Notes under the pieces: model-generated
Seen by the model: the letters and a program-made list of their open reading frames with translations, nothing else
Database searches by the model: none
What the model was told of the DNA's origin: nothing
Made by a program: the position numbers and the translations under genes
Shown here: positions 10,961 to 22,734 of the stretch, in pieces
How positions within the stretch are numbered: the first letter of the stretch is position 1
Layout: the number at the start of each line of letters is the position of its first letter
Source: Cirrosporium novae-zelandiae
Taxonomy: Eukaryota
DNA length: 50,843 nucleotides
Assembly (NCBI GenBank): GCA_026023565.1
Contig: JAPETS010000050.1
Span: 124,001 to 174,843, forward strand
Direction of reading: 5' to 3'

Positions 10961-12335
10961 ATGGAGGTTACTTTTTTTTGGGTCCATTCTAGAACTAGTC
11001 AGACTTTGGTCTAGGAGGCCAAGCCAACGTTCAAGGAATGTTCTTTTACCTGCAGTCAGGAGCGATAGCTATTCTTATTTCGGATTTTGAGAAAAGGGGG
11101 GAAGAGCTTTTGGTCAACTAAACTCACTCACTCACTTCATCCCAACATAAGATACCCAGATATCTGTTCTCCACCGATCCAATACTTGAATCATACATCT
11201 ATCCACCAGTAATCCCCCCCCCCTGCCCCATAAATATAAATATAAATATACACAAAACACCGTCAACCGAGAAACGAGATATTGTGTTGTATATCCCCAG
11301 GGCCTCTCGCAATACTTGTATGCCAAGCCTCAACCAACCAACCAATCCTTCCAACCACGTTACTTACTTACTAATATTCCCAAACGCCACTCCGTCCCCC
11401 GGAATAGGACTTTGTAACGCGTGATGAGGGATAAACAACCCGCGCCACAGGAGGAGCTCCCGAAGCATCAAACTTCATAGACATAAGGTAGCTTCGGAGA
11501 CAATAGAGCACTGGAGTCTTGGCTCCCAAACCAGATAAATAAATAAATTATTCAAAAGAACTTGGGTTCCACAACTCCACAACTCCACAATAAGAAATAA
11601 ATAAAATTTCCTTTTTGTTGTTAGATTAACTAGACCACACCACACCACACCCGAACGGACGGACGGACGGACGAGGGAGGGGGGTCTATGACGTAACGTA
11701 ACTTGTCTATTTGTTGTTATAGATTGCACTAGGGGGTTTTTTGGGGGGGTGGGGATGAAGAAGAGAGGAAGGATGACAAGTGGAGGGGAGGAAAGGGGAT
11801 GTGCAAGTGAAGAGAAATGGAATGATGGATGGATGTGAAATAAACTCTTTTTTTTTTCTTTTTTTGGTTATGAGGAATAAGGGAATAGAAAATCTTAGTC
11901 TAACGAAGGGATGATAATAAGAAGAAGAAAAAGAGAGAGAGAGAGTTATATGAAAATCAGGGTTGAGGAAAAAGAAAAGAAGAAAGAATGAAAGAATGAA
12001 TTTTTATACAATACAAACACATAAAAACAAATGAGCATAGTTAACCTCGAACATAGTTAACCTCGAACATACATACGGTAACTCGTCTCATCTCATTACA
12101 CAAGTACAGTACAGTAAGCAAGCAAAGCAATCAAATTACCATAGTAGAGATATATAAATTGTAGCAAGAGAAAAAAAAAAACAGGTTGAAATTCTTTCCC
12201 AAGTTGCATATAATATCGGATTGGGTCGTGGAAAGGTAAGGAAGTAGCAATATCCGAAGAATTAAATTCATTCATATCCATCTATCTATCTACCCACTTA
12301 TCATGCATATAGGTAGGGCAGGGTAGAAAGGGAGC

Positions 12336-12369
<34 letters not shown>
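12336..12369. repeat. (GTT)n microsatellite
   Basis: About 11 units seen directly. Confidence 0.95.
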
Positions 12370-13333
12370 ATGTTATGTTATAGTTCCGAAAGGTATTGTT
12401 TCCACAGTACAGTACATAGTCCCCCTATCTTACTTCCTTTCCATTCCAATCTTCTTATCTTATCTTATAATTAGGCGGAAGAGGGGAGAGGAAGTCTTTA
12501 CATGGGGAGCAAAATGAAGTGGAAATGGGTCAGGGGGGGCCGAGTTCGAGTTCGAGTTCGAATTTCTAGTGGCTAGGGGATGGGATGGGATGGGATGGGA
12601 TATAGGCGGATGAACTTACCCGTTCGTGTAAATACAAATGAATACAAATGAATGTATATATCAATGTATAAGATATAGATATAGATATAGATATAAAATA
12701 CCCCATGCTAATATCTATGGTATAAGGTCGGCCTACCATTCCGACATTGATTCGTTTGATTGATAAAAAATTACCGAAATCCCGAGGTCGCCCGAGTTTT
12801 TTCGTTAGGTCGTCCGAGCTACAAAGAATCCCGAATCTCGAATCCCGGATCCCGGATCCCGGAACCTTTCCATCTCCATCTCCGTAATTCCGGATTCCGG
12901 CTTACATTTTTATCTATCAACGGCGGTCGGTGGTGACGGCTGTATATATATATACCTAAAGTATATGACATATGTGTAGAGGGCAGATGGAGGTATGTGA
13001 CTTAACTGACTGACTGACTGAATGGATGGATGAATAAATGGATATTAACCTGATTGGGGATCTATGTATGTATATATGTATGTATGTATGTATGCTAGTC
13101 TAGCCAAGTAAAAGAGAACGAACAGGTTGGATTTGGGATAGGATTTGAAGGATGGAGGATAGAAAAACTCGGAGATAGATGGGGATGGAGATGGAGATAG
13201 AGATGGAAGTGGTTAGGAGAGAGGAGGAAAAGAGGATGGATGGATGGATATTTATCTACACAACCACCAGCACCCCCATTCAATTGGAACTTTAAGTGTT
13301 AATTTGCTTTTCTAGCTTTTGACTCTTCGCAGG

Positions 13334-13471
13334 CTTCTTCTTCTTCTTCTTCTTCTTCTTCTTCTTCTTCTTCTTCTTTTTCTTGGGTTATAAGTTCTAA
13401 ATTGATTGGATTGGATTGGATTATGAGATGGTCGGTTCTAATTATCTAATTATCTAATTGATAAATAAACT

Positions 13472-13503
<32 letters not shown>

Positions 13504-13508
13504 AAGAA
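13334..13508. repeat. (CTT)n (13334-13378) and (GAA)n (13474-13508) microsatellites in inverted orientation
   Basis: Seen directly. Confidence 0.95.
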
Positions 13509-13713
13509 ATTTTCTAGTTCTATTTACTGTATTTCGATAAACTTAGATCCCCATTCCTTAGATTAGAACAAATAAAAAAGCTCATAATATATCCATCTCC
13601 TTTGTTTCATCGTCAGATTTTCATTCTTCCTTTTTCCTTTTTCTTTTCCTTTTATATACTCCCCATCCACCACCTTTTTCTATAACATATTATAATCTAT
13701 GTTTCAATCCAAC

Positions 13714-15300
13714 TTACTCCACTCTCTTCCCAACCCTAGGTAACAAAGCCACAAACGCCAACATTACCACGTACAACCCGATACAAATGGGATGCAACAC
13801 AAACGTCCCTGCACTCTGAGCAATCAGACCTGTCATAAACGGCCAGATCGCACCGCCGGAGCTTCCCATTGCCGAAACAAAGCTCAGGCTGCTCATCTGG
13901 ATGCTCCTTGGCAGGAGTTTCGAGAAGATGGCAGTGGAGGTGGGGGCGATGGGACCTAGGAGGTATCCGAGGAGGGCACAGGCAACGGCCTCGCCGATGA
14001 CGTTGGGAATGAGCCAGACAAGAAGCTGGAAGATGAGGGCACCGGCTGTGAGGGCACTGACAAAGTATTTTTCTCCGATGCGATGAGCCTGGTGGACAAG
14101 AGTAAAACGGCCCAGTGTGATGCCAGCCCAGAAGCCGGCGGAGACGTAGCCGACTTTTGAGGGATCGCCGTCGCGGTAGGTGATTAAATAGGAAATGACC
14201 CAGCCGGAGATGGCGACCTCGGCGCCTTGGTAGGCAAAGGTGAAAAGAGCACCGAGGATGGTGGTTCTGTTCTTGAGAGCGTTTTTTAGGATGCGCATTT
14301 TAGAGGGGTTCTCTTCCGACATCCGAGAGACCGTCTGCTGCAAGGCGCTAATGAGACGGGTTGGCAGGTCGGCAGCGTAGTTTTTAAAAGACCAGCCTGC
14401 GAGAAAAAAGTTGCCGATGGACAGGACGATGGTGATGAAATAGAATCGGGACCAGAGGATTCCGTGACTGACGAGGGCTGTCCCTATCAAGGGGCTTATG
14501 GTGGCACCGATGCCGTAGCTGCCATGGTAACCTGCAAGTGCGGTTGTGCTGTCGACAAGGTTGACGCAGAAAACATTGTTCAGTGCAAGCCCTGTCGCCA
14601 TGGCCAAACCCACGAAGAAGAAAGCAACGACAATAACCGGGAACGAAGGTGTGCAGACCATTGCAATATAGGCAAGCGAACGGATGCATTCAGCAGTCAT
14701 GAGAACCTTGCTACGACCGAAACGGCTGTCGAGAGCATGCACCATCGGCGCAGCAACAATGTAACCAAGGGCATTGGAAATGAAAACGAGAGATACAATC
14801 GCATAACCAATGTGGTAATATTCTTCCATGTAAGGAATCAGCGCTCCCGGAGCGCCATCATTCATTCCGTTTAAAAAGCATGTAACGCAGGCCGTGGCAT
14901 AGCGGAAGCGATTCATGTAGGGTTTCATAATGCTGTGTGCTATGTTTGCAGCCTCGCTTTCTTTTGGAGTGGGCGGTAGGCTCATCTCCAACTCATTGGG
15001 GGTTTTGGGGGTTATGGCACCAGCGGGGGTCTGTATACCAGTTGGACTCCATTTCCCCGAAGGAGTACCAGGAATAGAGTAAGGGTTGACATTAACATGG
15101 GACGTTTCACCCCAACTGTATTCTTCAAGTTCGGTGAGGCCAGGAGAGGAAGTCCCTAGGTTAGAAAATTGATCGCGTTTGAGAGCACTTTTTAGACTCC
15201 TTGGGAGCTCGACGGGAGAATCACGGTGACGAGGGGTATGATGATGCTCCTCCTTGTCGTTGACTTCCTCAATAAATCGAAGACCTCCTAGAGCGGACAT
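13714..15300 (-). CDS. MFS transporter, BSC6/fucose-permease-like
   Basis: Intronless 528 aa ORF with an S/P/T-rich N-terminal tail, then GMNDGAPGALIPYME, RFGR, YQGAEVAISGW, FWAGITLGR, GSSGGAIWPF and about 12 hydrophobic helices. Confidence 0.9.
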   Translation of the reverse strand: MSALGGLRFIEEVNDKEEHHHTPRHRDSPVELPRSLKSALKRDQFSNLGTSSPGLTELEEYSWGETSHVNVNPYSIPGTPSGKWSPTGIQTPAGAITPKTPNELEMSLPPTPKESEAANIAHSIMKPYMNRFRYATACVTCFLNGMNDGAPGALIPYMEEYYHIGYAIVSLVFISNALGYIVAAPMVHALDSRFGRSKVLMTAECIRSLAYIAMVCTPSFPVIVVAFFFVGLAMATGLALNNVFCVNLVDSTTALAGYHGSYGIGATISPLIGTALVSHGILWSRFYFITIVLSIGNFFLAGWSFKNYAADLPTRLISALQQTVSRMSEENPSKMRILKNALKNRTTILGALFTFAYQGAEVAISGWVISYLITYRDGDPSKVGYVSAGFWAGITLGRFTLVHQAHRIGEKYFVSALTAGALIFQLLVWLIPNVIGEAVACALLGYLLGPIAPTSTAIFSKLLPRSIQMSSLSFVSAMGSSGGAIWPFMTGLIAQSAGTFVLHPICIGLYVVMLAFVALLPRVGKRVE

Positions 15301-16824
15301 TTTGAATGTATGATGGCCACCAGTGGTGGTTGTGGGTAGAAGAGATTGATGAACACAAGTAAGAATGACGTGATTCAGCCAGTATCAAAGGGATGATATG
15401 GAATATAGAGCAAATATGGAACGGCTGGCGGATACATTCAGGATTGATAAGAATGCTTGATTGCAGATAAGCAACAGAAATGTGCAGCGAACAGAGAGAT
15501 TTTTATATGTCAGTGGGATCCAACATAGGCCAAAGCATGGAGAAAGTTCCAAGCGCAATGAGTAATTGGAATCCATCCAGGTCCAAAAAATAGTAATTAG
15601 CGTTACCCACAGTCCCCACAGACGGTGCTGTTGATTCTGAGAATCCGTGTCCTGGCCGTAGAGCATGGCACGACACGACGATTTGATTGTCACTGATGCA
15701 ATACTAAAAGTAATAATTCGGGCACTAGAAAAGTAGAAGAATGAGATAATGCCATTCGGATTTCCCATCATGAAGATACCGAGCTTCACGGTTCCCACGA
15801 ATGGTTACTAGCATCAGCAGCATTCCCGCCCGATTCGCATGATAGATTCAGCCAAAAGGGATCAAAGTGATAAAAAATTAAGACTAGATATATCAAACTT
15901 AAGAGATAAGGGAATAGCTCCCGTCAAGGGAACCCGGGAAAGATGTACTACAAGGAGCGGTATGCGGGATAGAATAAAGTGAGGTCAATGAGTGGTGAAG
16001 GGTGGCAATGATGAAAAGTTGAGAAAGTCTAAAGATGCAAGTTATTGCTGGCCGTATTGGTCGTATTGGCTGTATTGGCTGTATTGCCGCATTGGTTAAC
16101 AGGAGCCATTCCAGCCCTGTGCGTCGGCTATACCTCAGGCGTTGGTTTCAGTACCATCAAGCCCACCAAGCCCACCAAGCCCATCAAGGCCCCCGTGGGA
16201 GGGTGTGGTGGGGTTTGACCGAGGGCACTAATGGGTGATAATTTGATAAAGATAGGGTTTAGATCCAGGGGTCCGTTGAAAACTACGGGTCTAGTAAGGC
16301 CTTTAATCCTTGCCTAAAGCCCCAAAAGCCCCAAAAGCCCCCAAAAGCCCCAAAACCTATGAAACAACCCTCACAAATCCCACGAATAACCCGAACCACA
16401 AACAACCCCCCCCGTCGAACCTAAACATTTTTACGAGTTATCACCATTTCAAATAATTATTTTCTCACTCATCCATCTCCACGACCATTAATGACCCCAT
16501 TCCATTTTCTCTCTATAATCCCTTATCAATAACCTGACAACTTTTTACAACAAACCAAACCTGATTCTTCAACCTTTCAAACCAAATCCCACTCAACCCG
16601 TCCACCAAGACCTAAGCAGAAATTATATCCTCAGAAGAGTCTGACCGTTTACTGCTTGTCCGTACCATTTGTTGGCGCCGTCTTGTCCAAAAAAAAGAAA
16701 CAAAAAAAAACAGCACATTCCGGATCCAGTCACACCTAATCCCATCTTATCCATCGAATTTCCAGAAGAAAAAAATTTGTCTGGCAACAATCCTTCCCCA
16801 CAGTTCACTGTACCACCCTCCACA

Positions 16825-17312
16825 ATGGCAAAACCCAAGCGAGCACAGCTTTCCACCATCACCCTCACTTCCACTCCCCCGGACGAACTTGGTCCGAATC
16901 AATCTATCGCTCGTCTTGTCAAGGCTGCTGGGAATAATATCTATCATGTTTCTTTACCTGATGGAAAAGAGATGCTGGTTGAGATGCCTGCGAGATTTAG
17001 GAATACCATCTGGGTCAAACGTGGTGGTTATGTAATGGTAGACACCCAAGCCTTGGGAGATAGAGACAATAAACTGGGAGGGGAGATTATGAATATTGTG
17101 AGAGAAGAACGAGAATGGAAAAAACAACCTTACTGGTACTCCTACACTTCTGCATCCCATCTTAGAATCTACATGAACATGTTTACTAATTCAGATATTT
17201 GCGCTGCAGGCCCAAAGAATTCATGAAGAAGCCCTCATACCTACTAGAAGACAGTGACGAAGACGAAGACTCGGTCGTGGGGAAAATGCCTCCCGACCAA
17301 GACTCGGAATAA
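16825..17312 (+). CDS. EIF1AD-like S1/eIF1A-domain RNA-binding protein; 2 exons (16825-17135, 17210-17312)
   Basis: Motifs GNNIYHV..LVEMPARFRNTIWVKRGGYV. Intron 17136-17209 (GT..CTAAT..CAG) restores YW|PKEF and an acidic tail EDSDEDEDSVVGKMPP. Confidence 0.88.
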
Positions 17313-17419
17313 CCTCGTGATATTAACTGGTGCCTACTTTTCAACTGGCGATTCTAGATTCTCAAATACATCCAAAAATATCTTGGTGCCGGATTCAAGG
17401 ACCGTTCACCGACTCAGAA

Positions 17420-18961
17420 TCACTCGACATGTGAATCTTTTTTCTCTGTCACCGTCTGTGCTCCTGTACCTCGACCTGGCAAATAATCCATTCGCGTCCC
17501 CCACCACACCCCCATAACCTGCACCGCCAACATTCCTACCACAACCATTGAGCTGACTGGTGTGCTAGGATAAACATTCCAGGCCCATTCTTGAGCTGCC
17601 CATAACACGTATATTATGACCGGATGCCATCTTGCTCTCCACAGCAAGAAGGGTGTGAACCATGCAATGTATACATAAAATTGATAGTGCAAGCTCCGTG
17701 CACAGAGCATCCCTATTGCTGTTGATGATGCGATAGCCGTCAAGACAAAGGTTGGTGTTACCCGTCTTGCAATCTGGCGTCGCACAGACTCTTCTCGTGG
17801 TTGGTCCATGAGCATGGCTTTTATGAACCCCGGGAAGGCAAGGCCTGAAGGAGCAATCCACCTGGTAGACGCAAAGACCAATAAATATGCCGCATGCATT
17901 GAAAGTAGATATAATGAAAATTCTTTTGAGAGGAACAAATCTTCTCCCACAAACCTCCAATTAACCGTCCACTTGAACATGAACTGCCTCGTCAGTTCGA
18001 AGGCGCGAGATAGATATCCTTTAGCGTTTGTAGAAAGAAAAGGCAGAGCAATCAAAACCTATAGATCCATATACCATCAGTAAACACATCCACATTCCCG
18101 CCACCCCATCATCATCATCATCATCATCATCTTTTCTCCACATATGCTCACTCACCTGCAACTGCGCAATAATAACCCCCAACCTTATCGCTCTCTTAAC
18201 CCCAACATTCTGAACCAACACGAACCCGATCGCAGGCAACGGCAACAGCAAACTCATTTTGATACCCAAACCCCACGAGTACGCAAGACATCCCAAAGTA
18301 TAAAGCCGACGCTGGAAGAACAAGACCGCGAGGAGGAGAAAGAGAATCGCAAAGGAGTCGTTGAAGAGTCGGAGGAGAAAGATGCTGTGGAGGCGCTTGG
18401 AGAGAATAAGGAGTGGGAGGAGATAGGGAGGGGCCTAGGGAATAGGAATAGATAGTTAGCATATTGTATTTGACTTGAAGAAAAAGGGCAATCAGTCAAT
18501 CCCCTCCCTCTCCTCTCCTCTCGCCCACTAACCTTAGCACCCGCATAAACCCCCCCCACACACGCCACCACCCCCAAATAAGCCCCCCCAAAAACCCACT
18601 GCGCCCTCCTTATCCCCTCCTCCCCCATCCCCTCTCCCCCTCCCTCCCCAATCAACCACCTCAACCCCGCAAACAAATAAACATGCGCCGCCGGATACAC
18701 CAACGGTCCCGTATCCCCCCTTATCACCGTATAATCGCGTTCTCCGGCCCGGTACTGGGAGATCTGTTGCATGTAGGCGCGCCAATCGATTTCTGTGTAG
18801 GGGACTTTGAGGATTATTAGGAGGGTGAGGAGGGTGTCGAGAGCGAGGAGGGGGGGGAGGATGTATTTGGTGCGGGCGGGGTTTGTTAGGAGGTCGGTTG
18901 CGAGATTGAGGAGGCGGGGGAGGAGGAGGAGGGGACGGGGAGGGGCGGTCGTAGGAGGCAT
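17420..18961 (-). CDS. ALG3: Dol-P-Man:Man5GlcNAc2-PP-Dol alpha-1,3-mannosyltransferase; 3 exons (18961-18533, 18434-18156, 18058-17420)
   Basis: Motifs VPYTEIDWRAYMQQ, GDTGPLVYPAAH, SKRLHSIFLLRLFND, RQFMFKWTVNWRF, ARSLHYQFY and EWAWNVYPST. GT-AG introns lie at 18532-18435 and 18155-18059. Confidence 0.95.
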
Positions 18962-20470
18962 TTTGGTGGTTGTGGTTGTGGTTGTGGTTGTGACGGTTGT
19001 TGGTGGTAAAGGGTATACATCTCTTGGGTCTCTTGGGGCAGAGACGGGGATGTCTTAGTTGTGTGTCGTGGTTGTACAGTAGTTGTTAGTATATAAAAAA
19101 AAAAACCAATCTACCTATCCAAAAACATTCAAACATTCAAAATTACTGAAAACCAAATTCTGTACTTTCCCCACGTGCGTAAAAACCCTTTAATTACCGT
19201 ATTTTGTATTTTCTTTCCACCTTAATTCATTCATTCAATTAATTCAAACCGAATTAGATATCCATCCATCTATCCTCTTAAACAAAAACGCATCTAATTA
19301 TTTATTTATTTTATCTTATTTTATCCACTGCAATTGGTTCGAAGGATTGGTCTATTCGAAAAAGGAAAAAAAGAAAGACTCAATTGACCCACCTTGATTT
19401 ACGGGCGGGTGTGATAAGATAACTAATTATATAAGTGGTGTCTAGCTGGATAGAATAATAGTTGATTCGCATTCGAGACGCGTATGATAATAATAACTTA
19501 GGAGTGCCCCCCTGAGGTACGATGCAAAAGTTGAACGCTGCCTTGATATGTTAGGCATTCTTCTTCCTTGTAGGGAATTGCCCCGCGCCAAGCCAGCGTC
19601 TCGCAAGCGCGTAGATGTTGGACTTAGCATGCCCTAACACATCTACGACACGCCTTAGTGGGTTGACAACGACCACAAGACTCAACTTTCACCATCAATT
19701 TCGCCTTGTATACGAATAGCCCGCTCGCTCTCTTGCGGTGCCTCGTCTTTCATCTTCCATTCCTTCAGCCAGCTCGAAAGCAGCTCGGAAAGCATGGCTG
19801 CTCGGGTGCGGCATTTTCCATCTCCCTTCTCTGGCATCTCGATTGCAAATTTCATGTCGTTGCGACAATCATCTCTCTCTTTGCGCTCGAGATGAATGGC
19901 AGCCTTGGTCTTCGCAGAGAAAGCAAATGCCAGGGTCATATAATATCTTTCACTACTCTTGATGGAAGATTTTCTCAATTTTATAGATCGTCAATTTTAC
20001 CCCCCGTTTCCTTCCACTTCGCATCCGGCTGTGCCGCAACCTTGGCACAGACCTGAGATGTCGGTTCCCATTGAGATTCGGTTAATCTTTGTCGTTGAGG
20101 CTGGAGAGGAAGAGGAGCAGGCGTCCTCATGTCGTGTCTATTGACGTTTCTAGAAAGCGCTAGCATGATGGTTTAGTGAGACTAAAGGTTCGTGCCACTT
20201 TGGCTGATTGAGCCTGCCCAGCAAATCCGTAGATTGGAGTCCAGACTTTCCCTGGTTCCGTCTTTCACGCATTCAGATAGAATAAAAGGTAAAGGGATTC
20301 CCAGCACGATGCCGTGTCAGAGGGTGTGCGATGTTTGGTAACGAGGCCCCCGTCACGGGGAGCTGTGAGTGAGGAAGGTTGAAGTGAGTAAGCTTGTCAG
20401 GGCGAGTGGATGTTCGCTGGGCCTCATTGCTAGTTCAAAGCAGCCTGTTGCATTAGCGAGTATCTGCATA

Positions 20471-20977
20471 TCAAAAGCTGGAACTTTAGCGCTTTCCAAC
20501 GCGCATTCAGGCTACAGGTAATAATGCAGGATAATGGAACGGACGACGATCTCCAGATTTCAGCCATCTATTATATCAGCGAATATCTGAGCTTCGGTAG
20601 CCTGGGTTTCAAAGCTCACTGTATTAAAGTATTCGGGTTGAACTTTAATGAGCTTCAAGATTAAGATATTGATTAGATATCAATTTTCATGCAACTCTGC
20701 CTATCAATTTTCATGCAACTCTGCCTATCAAAAACTGGAACTTTAGTGCCCTCCAATGCGCATTCAGGCCCAGGTAGTGATATGGGATGATTAAACGGAC
20801 TGTGATCTCCAGATTTTGGCTACCTGTTGTATTAGAAAGCACCTGCGCTTCGGTAACAAGCATCTAAATTTCGGTAGCAAATATCTGAGCTTCGGTAACA
20901 AGCATCTAAACTTCCATAACAAACATCTGAATTTCGGTAGCAAGCTTCTGAGCTTCTGTAGTCCAGGTTTCAGGGCT
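20471..20977. repeat. Diverged direct duplication (20471-20616 / 20728-20977); second copy expanded by ~6 x 21-bp units (~20838-20960); 24-bp tandem pair at ~20678-20727
   Basis: Both copies share CTGGAACTTTAG..GCGCATTCAGG..CAGGTA..GATCTCCAGATTT..GCTTCGGTA..GGTTTCA. The 21-mer consensus is ~AAGCATCTGAGCTTCGGTAAC. Confidence 0.85.
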
Positions 20978-21260
20978 GACTGGTCTACTGTGGGCAATTC
21001 TCAGAAAGAAAAGTTGAACATGGCTCGCACTCATGAGGGTGATGGAGCGAATCCTCGAGCCAGTTTCAACTATAAGTATCCATCTTTCTCCGTTACCCTT
21101 TGCCCTCTCCCTCTTCCAAGCTGATTTGACCTCAAGGACATTCATGTCTGCGAATTCAACCTCCTCACTCTACTGTTGATATTACCCTTCTGAAATCCCA
21201 CTAGTCTGTTGCGCATTGGAGCGTACTCTTATTACCAAAGCCTTTCTTCCTCACTTCACG

Positions 21261-22734
21261 ATGAAAATTGTCACTCGGGAGCCTGACGGAAAGCTATCGG
21301 TTGGCAGTGTCTCCTTCACGGAAGGACAAAGTGCGCACACCGGATCAAGGGAGTTGCCAAAGACGAATGCTGGCAATCAGCTAACGCCAATCCTTGACGA
21401 GGATGACGATGGCACCTGGATCACTAATCTTGAAGATAGCGGCCACTCAAGCCCCGTTGAAGGCAAAAGGGATGTCAAATCCAATGGCTGAGTACCATGG
21501 GGGTACAGGCGGTTGAAGAAGCTCCTGGCTGATGCTAAAGGGTCAGCGTCTGAACAAGTCATGGAGTTCATAAAAAAAAGCACGTTCAAACCCTTGAATT
21601 TCAGCCTCGCAGTGCTAACCTGCCGCAGCATGGGCGGAACCAAGCTGATATTCGTGGTGGGACAATCTGGTACTGGAAAGACCACAATGCTTCAGGAGTT
21701 GACTGGGATGGACCTTAAAGTGGGGGTTAAAATCAACTCAGGTACGTACTGGCTTTAGTCTTATTGAACGTAATCATGAGGTGATTGACCATCGGATTTA
21801 ACCCATAGGCACTATGCAATACCAAGTCTGTCCAGCCATCATTCATGGAGAGCAATACCTCTTCGTCGATACGGCTGGGTTTGGCGCAGCCGATATGAAT
21901 GACATAGCCAATTTCGAGGACATCTGCAATTGCCTAGAAGCCCTTAGCCCCTTTGTCACTGTTGCGGGTGTGCTATTCGTCTATGGACATCCCAAAACTC
22001 GAATGTCAAAGGAAGATTTAAAGACGGTTCAGTGGATTGAGTGCTTCTGTGGTCCAGAGTTTTACCGCAACGTCACCATCGTCACCAGCCAGTGGGACGC
22101 CCTCAGTCTAGACGGGGTTGAAACTACATGGGAGAGCCTCGACAGCCTTTTGGCACACCACGATGTTGATCAGATCTTGAATCCACCAGATCCCTACTAC
22201 GGAGGATCCGTGTATCACCACGGCTTTCCTAGAGGTGAAGGTTCGGTTGATGCATATCCAACTATTCTTTCATTAAAACGAGCTAGCCCCCAGAGGGGAG
22301 ACGAACTCAAGGACCTCATTCGACGACGATATGCGGACTCTAAACCTGCAAAACTGCAGATTGTATGCGAGGTGGAGAGTGGAACCCCCAGACTTGAGAC
22401 TGAAGCAGCCAAGGCTTTGAAGGCCGACGTGATCTGCACCAAGATATGCATTCTGAATAGTCGCGTTGTTGTCTCGGTCGAAGGTAATTCACAACAACCG
22501 CCGATTTCTCCTGAAGCCCCGTCAACAGCACCCACGCAAGTAGAATCATGGTTTGAGAAGCTTTCCCCCTGGCTCGAAACTGCAAAGCAGGCCGCGGTCT
22601 GGTTCATGGAAGCTCGCTGGCAGGGGCATGAATCTAGCAATAGAAAGGATAGCAGTGCTGGGCCTGTCTGGTCCCTCTTGGGAACCTTTCAGGATTGGTG
22701 GTGGGGACCACCCAAGAAATCCAGGCCCCTCTGA
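21261..22734 (+). CDS. P-loop GTPase (G-domain; AIG1/MMR_HSR1-like fungal family); in-frame TGA at 21489-21491, so possibly a pseudogene or a gene starting at Met 21561
   Basis: G1 is VVGQSGTGKTT. Intron 21742-21808 (GTACGT..CATAG) gives INSG|TMQYQ (G2 Thr). G3 is LFVDTAGF and the G4-like motif is VTIVTSQWD. Confidence 0.8.

Noticed and set aside
16669..16824. Upstream extension of the EIF1AD-like ORF from a TTG start
   Set aside because: Low-complexity poly-A-derived sequence; ACA-ATG-G at 16825 is the plausible start.
20838..20960. CRISPR-like appearance of the 21-bp repeats
   Set aside because: The units are contiguous with no unique spacers, the context is eukaryotic, and there are no cas genes.
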